Shown one piece after another: positions 56,840 to 64,000 of a stretch of 64,000 nt of DNA. The DNA is taken from assembly GCA_964588165.1 (NCBI GenBank), contig CAZPMS010000006.1, forward strand, positions 3,425 through 67,424, given 5' to 3'. Position 1 is the first letter of the stretch. Each line of letters opens with the position of its first letter. The position numbers and the translations under genes are program-made. The notes below the pieces were generated by a model. That model was not told where the DNA came from, did not search any database, and was given only the letters and a program-made list of their open reading frames with translations. The stretch comes from an uncultured Gammaproteobacteria bacterium (lineage in GTDB: Bacteria; Patescibacteriota; Patescibacteriia; UBA1558; UBA10009).

Positions 56840-56946
56840 AAATGATTAAATTACCAATTAACAATTTCCAATAACCAATAAAATTCCAATTCTAAATTTA
56901 ATAATTTTTAATTTATTGGATATTGGTTATTGTAAATTAGATATTA

Positions 56947-57393
56947 TTAAAAGCTTTCTTTTATTTCCTTGATCTTATTTTTAACTTTATTTTGGATTGA
57001 CTCATCGGCCAAACCAAATATCCTAGCACAGGCAGCAGCCACATTTTTAGGATCCAAAACTGTAAGTACCGGCGTATCAGAAGGCATTTGCAAAGTTGAA
57101 TTAATGTTTACCATCATGTCTGATTTATCTTTAAAAGGCGGACAGGCAATAACCGGATGGACGGAATTGGCAGCCACTACTCCGGAAAGGCCGTTTGACC
57201 TACCGGCAATAGTTACGTAGACCAAATCTTTTTCCTTATTATTATTTTTTACAATTTCAAAAACCTTTTCCGGCACTTTATGGGCCGAAGCTATAATGGT
57301 TTCTGATTCTAAATCCCATTTCTTTAATTCCGATGATATTTTGTCAGCCCAATCTTTATCGGACGGACTGCCCATTATTAGAATGACTTTCAT
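56947..57393 (-). CDS. purE: 5-(carboxyamino)imidazole ribonucleotide mutase / PurE family
   Basis: 148 aa with a MGSPSD motif. Confidence 0.8.
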   Translation of the reverse strand: MKVILIMGSPSDKDWADKISSELKKWDLESETIIASAHKVPEKVFEIVKNNNKEKDLVYVTIAGRSNGLSGVVAANSVHPVIACPPFKDKSDMMVNINSTLQMPSDTPVLTVLDPKNVAAACARIFGLADESIQNKVKNKIKEIKESF

Positions 57394-57420
57394 AAATTTA
57401 TGAATAAAAAATGTTATGGA

Positions 57421-57535
57421 AAACTTTACTTCTATCTGTCATCCTGAGCTTGCCGAAGGATCCCGTTACTTTTAGTACGTGCTATATAATACGGGATTCC
57501 TCAATGTAACTCAGAATGACAAAAAGTAAAGTTTT
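57421..57535. repeat. H1-family ~110-bp palindromic element in the purE-purC spacer
   Basis: aaactttactt...tgtcatcctgagcttgccgaaggatcccgttacttttagtacgtgctatataatacgggattcctcaatgtaactcagaatgaca...aagtaaagttt. Confidence 0.7.
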
Positions 57536-57544
57536 ACCTGATTA

Positions 57545-58546
57545 TTATACAAGATAACCGCTTTTTTTCAAATTTTCTTCTATTCTATCCTTAATACTAC
57601 CCTCTTTGGCCTTAAACTGTTGGCCAGTTATCATTTCATACAGTTTTATATATCTGGATGAAAGTTCCACGACAAGCTCTTTAGGGGCTTCTGGCAGTTT
57701 TTCGTCATTATACGGATCACAGTGATCTTTAAACCACAATCTTAAAAATTCCTTATCAATATTATCAGGTTCTTTGCCATCTGATATTCTTTGTTGATAA
57801 GACTCTGCCAGCCAATACCTGGATGAATCCGGCGTATGGATTTCATCTATAAGCATAATATTACCTTCTTCATCCTTTCCGAATTCATATTTGGTATCAA
57901 CTAAAATTAAGCTGTTTTTGCTGGCTACTTCTTGGCCGAATTTAAAAAGTTCCATAGCTTTTTGGGAAATATAATCCCACTCTTGGGCAGTAGCAAAATG
58001 TTCCAACAAAATATCATTTTTGGAAATATTCCTGTCATGTTTTTCAAATTTAGTGCTGGGCGTAATTATTGGTTCCGTAAACTTTTGATTCTTCATCATA
58101 CCTTCTGGAAGTTTATTGCCGCAGAATTCCCTAACGCCTTTTTGATAATTAGTCCAAACTGCTGTATCAGTAGAACCAGTCATGTATCCCCTAACAATTA
58201 CTTCAAACGGAAACACTTTACATTTTTTACCAACTACTACGTTAGGATCAGGAATATCTAAAACAAAGTTGGGAATAATATTTTTAGTTTGCTTAAACCA
58301 CCAGGCGCTTGTTTGGTTTAGAACTTGGCCTTTAAACGGAATTGAGGCTAGCACTCTATCAAAAGCTGACTGCCTATCAGTTGTAATTAAAATTATTTTA
58401 TCTTCTGCTTGTCCTGAACCAGCTTTAGCTTGGTGCTGGATAAAATAGGTATCCCTTACTTTACCTGTCTTTTTTTCACCAAGGCCTTTAAAGTCAATCT
58501 CGGTTAAAACGTTATGAATGTTTTTTTCAATAATTTTTTTATCCAT
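57545..58546 (-). CDS. purC: SAICAR synthetase, long form
   Basis: 333 aa; SAICAR_synt motifs (GKVRDTY..., LILVDTKYEFG). Confidence 0.8.
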   Translation of the reverse strand: MDKKIIEKNIHNVLTEIDFKGLGEKKTGKVRDTYFIQHQAKAGSGQAEDKIILITTDRQSAFDRVLASIPFKGQVLNQTSAWWFKQTKNIIPNFVLDIPDPNVVVGKKCKVFPFEVIVRGYMTGSTDTAVWTNYQKGVREFCGNKLPEGMMKNQKFTEPIITPSTKFEKHDRNISKNDILLEHFATAQEWDYISQKAMELFKFGQEVASKNSLILVDTKYEFGKDEEGNIMLIDEIHTPDSSRYWLAESYQQRISDGKEPDNIDKEFLRLWFKDHCDPYNDEKLPEAPKELVVELSSRYIKLYEMITGQQFKAKEGSIKDRIEENLKKSGYLV

Positions 58547-58559
58547 ATTATTATTTTAA

Positions 58560-59123
58560 TTATTTTCTAGCTTGTTTAAGGGCTCCTGCATACCATTCCA
58601 GTTCATCTAAAAAATTAACTACCCGCTTATTATATTTTTCATCCAAGGCTTTGCCATTTTCATCAAAAGCATCATTAATCCCGGAAACCATAAAGGAAGT
58701 TGGAATACTAGATGCGCCAAGTTCACCCATTACCGCCCTCAAAGGATTTAAAACTCTAACCCCAGCAAACGGACCTGCAGAATAAGTTACAATTCCACTG
58801 GGCTTGTAATGATATTCAGCTTGAAAATGGTCTAAAATATTTTTTAAAACCGGCGGCACACCATGATTGTATTCACCGGAAACCAATACAAAACCATCGG
58901 CCTGCTCTAAAACCTGATGGACTTTTTCTATGGGCTCTGGAGCTTTGCCAGCATCATATTCCTTATACATTTTATCTAGCATAGGCAAATTAAATTCCAG
59001 TTGATCAACTAGTGTAACTTCGTGTCCGCGCTCTTTTAACTGGTTGGTAATAAATTTTGCCAGTTTAGTGCCCTGGCGTTCGGTCCTTACGGAACCGTAA
59101 ATTACTGCAATATTTAAAGACAT
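58560..59123 (-). CDS. NAD(P)H-dependent FMN reductase-like flavoprotein
   Basis: MSLNIAVIYGSVRTERQGTKLAKF flavodoxin-like N-terminus. Confidence 0.55.
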   Translation of the reverse strand: MSLNIAVIYGSVRTERQGTKLAKFITNQLKERGHEVTLVDQLEFNLPMLDKMYKEYDAGKAPEPIEKVHQVLEQADGFVLVSGEYNHGVPPVLKNILDHFQAEYHYKPSGIVTYSAGPFAGVRVLNPLRAVMGELGASSIPTSFMVSGINDAFDENGKALDEKYNKRVVNFLDELEWYAGALKQARK

Positions 59124-59134
59124 AATTTTATTGG

Positions 59135-59533
59135 TTAATTTTTTTTTTCACTGAGAACTTCTTCTATAGTTCTCTTTTTTATAATTAAAGGATGATAATA
59201 AAAAACTGATTGATTATTAAATTCACCTACAAGATATATTTTCAACTTCTTATCTTTAGCCTGAAGCGCTAAAGCCATTCCCAGTTCCACATACTTTCCC
59301 CTGCCTTCAGCAGGATCGGTAAATAAAATAAATACATCTGCTTCCAATAATCCATCTAAATCCCTCACTGCTCTAAAGCTGGCTTCTTCTGATTTGGCTT
59401 CCCTTTCTTTAGTAGAAATCGGCACGTCATTGAACCACTCAACAACGATTTCATGTCCTGATTTTTTAACCAGATCTGCTGCCTTAACAACTTCTTCTTT
59501 GCTTTCTAAAGTTCCGGCCAAATAAACTTTCAT
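59135..59533 (-). CDS. nucleoside 2-deoxyribosyltransferase-like protein
   Basis: MKVYLAGTL N-terminal motif, 132 aa. Confidence 0.45.
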   Translation of the reverse strand: MKVYLAGTLESKEEVVKAADLVKKSGHEIVVEWFNDVPISTKEREAKSEEASFRAVRDLDGLLEADVFILFTDPAEGRGKYVELGMALALQAKDKKLKIYLVGEFNNQSVFYYHPLIIKKRTIEEVLSEKKN

Positions 59534-59535
59534 AA

Positions 59536-60771
59536 TTAATAATTTTCAATTGATTGAGAAAAAGGATTTGCTAAAATATTTGATTCTAAAATTTTCTGCC
59601 AGTCATCTGCTGAACATTCAACTTCCCACAAAACTCCATTTTTTATTGAACTGATCTCGGACATATTTAATCTATTATTTAATGTATCAAGTTTTGCCTG
59701 CCCCGTAAAATCGTCTTTGTATCTAGTGAGTAGTTTGTAGGTGGTAGTGAGTAGTTTTGATTTGTCATTAATATAAGGAATCTCCTTATTGGTATTTAAC
59801 AGTTCGTTTGATTTTATTAATTGGTCCACAAACTGTTCTGACTGATCAATAGATTGAATTTCCCAATGAGTATAACGTTTAACTTTGACGCCACTAAAAC
59901 CAAGGTTATTTAAAGCAGTTTGAAGGGTTTCTGCTTCATTGTCGGTAATTATAAGTTCAACCAACATTTCCATAGCCTCTTCCGGTTTTTTATATTCCCC
60001 ATTTTGAATTTGATTATTAAAATTTTGTATCTTGTCTGTTTCTTGCTTCTTGTTTCTTGCTTCTTGTTTATCTAAATAAGCTTTCATTGATTCAAATATA
60101 ATCTGTCCATCATCCGTTCTTTCCGGATGAGGCATTAAAGCTAAAACATTACCAGCCGGATTGCTAACTCCGGCTAAATTATAAACAGCACCATTGGGAT
60201 TAATAGGAAATTGATCTTTTACTTCCCCATTTTTGTCACAATACCTAAAAACTGTCTGGCCATTTTCTTTTAATTGATTTAAGACATCCTCATTAATAAC
60301 AAACCTGCCTTCACCATGGGCAATGGGTAATCCAAAATGATGGCCTTGTTTATAATTATTAAAAGCTGATCTTCCTGACTGAACATCATTTTTAATTCTA
60401 ACCCAAATATTTAAATAACCATGGTTATTCCAAGCCAAGGATGATCCTAAATGGTGGTTTTCTAATCCAGGAATCAATCCAGATTCAACCAAAATCTGAG
60501 CGCCATTACATATACCAATAACCGGCTTGCCTTTGGCTGACTCTTGTTTAACAATATCCATCAAAGGATCCCGGCCGGCAATAGCGCCTGACCTTACTCT
60601 ATCTTCGTAACTAAAACCACCGGCAATAAAATAACCGTCAAATTCCTTTAATTTATTATAATCATCGTTCCATCTAAAAAATTCCGCGTCCATACCGGCT
60701 TTTTTTATAGCCCGAGCTGACTCGTACTCACAATTAGTGCCGGGAAATTGAATAATAGCTATTTTATGCAT
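59536..60771 (-). CDS. purQ: FGAM synthase glutamine amidotransferase subunit fused to PurS-like domain(s)
   Basis: N-terminal ~230 aa PurQ (class I GATase: IIQFPGTNCE, GICNGAQ, HPER); C-terminal ~180 aa with two PurS-like segments (MLVELIITDNEAETLQTALNNLGFSGV..., ...LANPFSQSIENY). Confidence 0.75.
   Translation of the reverse strand: MHKIAIIQFPGTNCEYESARAIKKAGMDAEFFRWNDDYNKLKEFDGYFIAGGFSYEDRVRSGAIAGRDPLMDIVKQESAKGKPVIGICNGAQILVESGLIPGLENHHLGSSLAWNNHGYLNIWVRIKNDVQSGRSAFNNYKQGHHFGLPIAHGEGRFVINEDVLNQLKENGQTVFRYCDKNGEVKDQFPINPNGAVYNLAGVSNPAGNVLALMPHPERTDDGQIIFESMKAYLDKQEARNKKQETDKIQNFNNQIQNGEYKKPEEAMEMLVELIITDNEAETLQTALNNLGFSGVKVKRYTHWEIQSIDQSEQFVDQLIKSNELLNTNKEIPYINDKSKLLTTTYKLLTRYKDDFTGQAKLDTLNNRLNMSEISSIKNGVLWEVECSADDWQKILESNILANPFSQSIENY
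59724..59754. repeat. T-family repeat, copy 5, in frame inside the purQ-purS fusion
   Basis: tagtgagtagtttgtaggtggtagtgagtag on plus; encodes LLTTTYKLLT in the inter-PurS linker on the minus strand. Confidence 0.55.
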
Positions 60772-60773
60772 AA

Positions 60774-61607
60774 TTAATTTGTATCAATATTATTTTGTAG
60801 TTCTTCATTGGAAATAAATTTTGGCCAATTCGGAAGTTGTTGATTACTGTATCTGATAACCTCTGCTTGTGGGGTTTTCTTTTTCCTAATTTCTTCTCTA
60901 TCTTTTATTTCATCTAAAATACCGAATAACATTCTAAAGCTTCCATTATGCCCGGAAACTAAAATTTTTATTGGTCGGTTATTTTGTTCTTGAAACTTTT
61001 GGGCTAATTTATATACATCATTTAAAAACCAAATAAGTTTCCCCAGCACCATTGAATAATTTTCACCGCCTGGAAAAAATCTGCCATAAGAGAATCCCTT
61101 AGCTTTTTCTTCGGCTGCCAATGAATCTTTTTTCTGGCCACCATATTCACCGTAACACCTCTCATTTATTCTTTGATCGATAACAAACCTTTCTTCAGGA
61201 ATTTCTATACCAGCTGACTTTAAAGTTTCTCTGACAGTAACATCAGTTCTGCTCAAACCAGATCTAACTACCAAATCAAATTCTTCTCCTTCTAAATTTT
61301 TACCCATAGCCTGAGCCTGTTCATAACCTTTCTCGGTTAATTCAGCATCAACTGTTCCGGTAAATTTTTTTGCCTCATTATGGGTTGTTTGGGTATGCCT
61401 GATAAATGAAAAATCTATTGCTGTTTTACCAATCTCTTCTTTTAACTTTAAATATTGCTGATATAAATATTCTATTTTGGGTAAAATTTCTCTTAAAATA
61501 TCCGGAGTGGGAATATCTTCTAAATTTTTAGACAAGGTTGAAGCACTTTCCCATAGTTCTCTAATAGAAATTCTCTCTTGCTCAAATTGTGGACCCTCTT
61601 CGTTCAT
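60774..61607 (-). CDS. histidine phosphatase superfamily protein (phosphoglycerate-mutase-like)
   Basis: RHTQT (RHG-type) and SGHNGSFR motifs; 277 aa. Confidence 0.55.
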   Translation of the reverse strand: MNEEGPQFEQERISIRELWESASTLSKNLEDIPTPDILREILPKIEYLYQQYLKLKEEIGKTAIDFSFIRHTQTTHNEAKKFTGTVDAELTEKGYEQAQAMGKNLEGEEFDLVVRSGLSRTDVTVRETLKSAGIEIPEERFVIDQRINERCYGEYGGQKKDSLAAEEKAKGFSYGRFFPGGENYSMVLGKLIWFLNDVYKLAQKFQEQNNRPIKILVSGHNGSFRMLFGILDEIKDREEIRKKKTPQAEVIRYSNQQLPNWPKFISNEELQNNIDTN

Positions 61608-61627
61608 GTTTAAATTAATTTATTGCT

Positions 61628-61766
61628 GACAGATTTTAAATCTTTTTTATATGATGCGGACAGATTTTAAATCTGCCCCTTTCTTACCGCTAACCACTTT
61701 ACCTATTTCGAAAACTTTCTCACCTGATTTTTCCAATTCTGAACGAACAGATTTTAAATCTGCCCC
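61628..61766. repeat. three copies of a 16-21-nt near-palindromic repeat (g/a)acagattttaaatct(gcccc) at the purM 3' end
   Basis: Copies at 61628-61643 (just past the stop), 61659-61679 (last 9 codons) and 61747-61766 (in CDS); encodes ADLKSVR twice in the PurM C-terminus. Confidence 0.6.
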
Positions 61767-62684
61767 GACGATTAATACCATGCCAATGCCCATATTAAAA
61801 ACTCTATACATTTCTTCTTCTGCCACTTCTCCAACTTTTTGGATTAATTTAAAAATTGGCAGTATGTCCCAGGAATGTTTTTTTATCTCAACAGATAAAC
61901 GTTTTGGCAAAACTCTGGGAATATTATCTATAAATCCACCGCCAGTTATATGAGCAATACCGTTTATTTTTTCAACTAAAGGCAAAACTGACTTTACATA
62001 AGATTTATGTGGCATAGCCAACTCTTTGCCTAAACTAAAATTCAGTTCATCAAAATGGCTATCGGCCGTGTAATTATTTGCTTCAAAAAATATCTTTCTA
62101 ATTAAAGATGCGCCGTTAGTATGCATGCCGGATGATGCTAATCCCAGTAAAACATCACCTTCTTTAATTTTTTCACCGGTGATTATTTTATCTTTTTCTA
62201 CAATACCCGTAATACAGCCGGCTACATCATGTTCGCCTTTAACGTAGACTCCCGGCATTTCTGCAGTTTCTCCGCCAATTAAACTGACTCCGTTTTCCAT
62301 GCAGGCTTTGGCCATGCCTGTAACTATTTCTTCTATTTCTTTAGGATCAAGCTTATCGGCAGCTATGTAGTCTAAAAATGTTAAAGGTTTAGCTCCTTGG
62401 CACAAAATGTCATCACAGCAATGGTTAACAATATCCTCACCAACAGTTTCTAGGTTACCAACCATTTTGGCAACTTTAAGCTTAGTGCCTACGCCGTCTA
62501 TGCTTTGGACTAAAATTGGTTGGTTATAATCTTTTAATTGGCTGGCATCATACATGGCTCCAAAGGAACCTAAACCGGTAACCACATTGGCATCAAAAGT
62601 GGCCTTTACTTTATCTTTTATTTTATTTACTGCTTCATTACCGGCATCTATGTTAACACCAGAAGATTTATAACTAATTGACAT
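61647..62684 (-). CDS. purM: phosphoribosylformylglycinamidine cyclo-ligase (AIR synthetase)
   Basis: 345 aa; AIRS and AIRS_C domain motifs. Confidence 0.9.
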   Translation of the reverse strand: MSISYKSSGVNIDAGNEAVNKIKDKVKATFDANVVTGLGSFGAMYDASQLKDYNQPILVQSIDGVGTKLKVAKMVGNLETVGEDIVNHCCDDILCQGAKPLTFLDYIAADKLDPKEIEEIVTGMAKACMENGVSLIGGETAEMPGVYVKGEHDVAGCITGIVEKDKIITGEKIKEGDVLLGLASSGMHTNGASLIRKIFFEANNYTADSHFDELNFSLGKELAMPHKSYVKSVLPLVEKINGIAHITGGGFIDNIPRVLPKRLSVEIKKHSWDILPIFKLIQKVGEVAEEEMYRVFNMGIGMVLIVGADLKSVRSELEKSGEKVFEIGKVVSGKKGADLKSVRII

Positions 62685-62738
62685 ATTTTTTACTTATTAA
62701 AAATATTTTAACACCGGCTTGTCCGCCGAAGCCTTGGC

Positions 62739-62790
62739 GTAGGTGGGCATCAATATTAACGCCTGATGATTTATAATCTATTGACATATT
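62739..62790 (-). pseudogene. duplicated purM start region (~50 bp, ~80% identical to 62641..62692)
   Basis: atgtcaatagattataaatcatcaggcgttaatattgatgcc encodes MSIDYKSSGVNIDA versus the real PurM MSISYKSSGVNIDA; opens a 37-aa ORF ending before the true start. Confidence 0.6.
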
Positions 62791-62847
62791 TTATTTATTA
62801 TATAATATATATTAATTCGTACCTTTAAACCAACGAGGATTAAAAAA

Positions 62848-63345
62848 ATGCGTTTACGCAGCAGTGTTTTTCTAGCTTTATTACTGTTTTTGCTGTTTGG
62901 TTGTGGATTTATGTTTGAAGAACCGGAACAACCGACCTTTGAAGAAACCCTGAATCTAGTCCAACAATATACCTTTGAAGGGACGGTAGAAAAAACAGAA
63001 ATGCCCATATTTGATACCATTATCATATCTGCAAAGTCTGGAGGAAGAATATACACAATAGGGGTAATGAATCCCAACTGGATCTACTATAACCAAATGG
63101 ATCCTATTGCCCAGTTTGAAAACCCCTTTGATTATGAAAATGTTCATAATCTAAAAAATCAGTTAACAACTGGCTCCCGAATCCGTATTGCTATTAATCA
63201 AGCTCTACCAATTGAATGCAGTGTCCCTTTCAGACTAGTTTACGCAAATAATGATAGTATTCCTTATATCGACTATTTCCTCGAAGGTTTTACTATTCCA
63301 GCATATTTTTCTCCAACTGGTATTACTGAAATACCAATTCCTTGA
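62848..63345 (+). CDS. hypothetical lipoprotein (165 aa)
   Basis: Signal peptide with lipobox LLFGC; the only plus-strand ORF in the purine operon region. Confidence 0.5.
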   Translation: MRLRSSVFLALLLFLLFGCGFMFEEPEQPTFEETLNLVQQYTFEGTVEKTEMPIFDTIIISAKSGGRIYTIGVMNPNWIYYNQMDPIAQFENPFDYENVHNLKNQLTTGSRIRIAINQALPIECSVPFRLVYANNDSIPYIDYFLEGFTIPAYFSPTGITEIPIP

Positions 63346-63400
63346 ATAACTCATTTTCCAAACAGATAGCTTAGGCTGTCTGTTTTTCTTATTTAAAAAA

Positions 63401-64000
63401 CTAATTATTCATTTTATCCCTTAAACCGTTCAACCATTTATCTGCCATTTCTTGAACTGATAAATTGATAATTTCTTGTACCGACGCAATGTCATCCTGA
63501 GCGGAGCCAAAGGATTGCGTCGCTACCTTTAGCGACTGACCACCAGTCTTACCTATTTCAATAGCTTCAATATTATATTTCTCACAAATCTTCTGTACCG
63601 ACGCAACATCCTTAGTTTCTAAAACAAAGCCGCCTGTTTCGGAAAATAATTTCCCTGACGGATAAATTCCGTCAGCTGCGGTTTGGGTGAATTCTATTTC
63701 GCAGCCAATTTTATTTTTCCCATTCCCGCCAAAACACATTTCAGCAAGAGCAACTGCCAATCCACCGTCTGATATATCATGGCAAGCCAACAGTAATTCA
63801 TTATCAATCATATCTGTTACTGCATATATTTGATTTTCTGCCTCTTTAAAATCAGGCTTTGGCACATTGGCACCTAACTCGTTATGGATTTGATAGTAGA
63901 CCGAACCGCCCAGTTCATCTTTACGTTGGCCAATTAATAAAATTGACGAACCGGTTTTTTTAAATTCCATAGTAATGGCCTTATTATAATCCTGAATTCT
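63401..64000 (-). CDS. purL: phosphoribosylformylglycinamidine synthase subunit PurL, C-terminal part; continues beyond the window end
   Basis: The open frame continues upstream of the M at 63970 to the window edge. PurL C-terminal AIRS_C-like region. Contains an in-frame hairpin element (see repeat 63482..63536). Confidence 0.75.
   Translation of the reverse strand, partial: RIQDYNKAITMEFKKTGSSILLIGQRKDELGGSVYYQIHNELGANVPKPDFKEAENQIYAVTDMIDNELLLACHDISDGGLAVALAEMCFGGNGKNKIGCEIEFTQTAADGIYPSGKLFSETGGFVLETKDVASVQKICEKYNIEAIEIGKTGGQSLKVATQSFGSAQDDIASVQEIINLSVQEMADKWLNGLRDKMNN
63482..63536. repeat. H1-related palindromic element in frame within purL
   Basis: cgacgcaatGTCATCCTGAGCggagccaaaggattgcgtcg plus gtcgctacctttagcgac hairpins; encodes ...SFGSAQDDIASV... 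Confidence 0.55.

Overview
This 64-kb window comes from an AT-rich bacterial chromosome, roughly 33-36% GC by eye, with no obvious prophage or CRISPR. Nearly all genes run on the minus strand. Lineage is uncertain: a VirD4-like ATPase, a short HrcA and many small hypothetical proteins recall Patescibacteria/CPR, but a complete purine pathway is present.

Housekeeping content, by minus-strand block:
- dnaX (partial, runs off the 5' end of the window).
- A heat-shock locus hrcA(CIRCE)-grpE-hsp20-[zinc-ribbon ORF]-dnaK-dnaJ.
- A MacA/MacB-type tripartite ABC efflux operon.
- A run of transporter, glycosyl-hydrolase and glycosyl-transferase genes.
- An rpmG (L33) + tRNA-Thr/Tyr/Thr/Trp cluster.
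- fba, tpiA, a dacA-like carboxypeptidase, scpB-scpA, aspS, asnS and rluB.
- A near-complete de novo purine operon: purH, N, D, F, B, E, C, a purQ-purS fusion, purM and purL (partial, runs off the 3' end).

Unusual layers on top of this:
1. The tRNA cluster is full of partial tRNA copies carrying GC-rich hairpin insertions. Small GIY-YIG nuclease ORFs sit between them, and one of these reads directly into tRNA-Tyr.
2. About seven solitary ORFs are conspicuously GC-richer (roughly 45-50%). Each has a consensus TTGACA-17-TAnnnT promoter and a strong AGGAGG-type ribosome-binding site. Several are preceded by phased arrays of a 7-bp ATCTGYG/ATCAGTG motif.
3. Several families of dispersed palindromic or strand-biased repeats occur in operon spacers, and some lie in frame inside purL, the purQ-purS fusion and purM.
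4. There are local segmental duplications: the rluB 3' end, the purM 5' end, and a ~110-bp intergenic element present twice.
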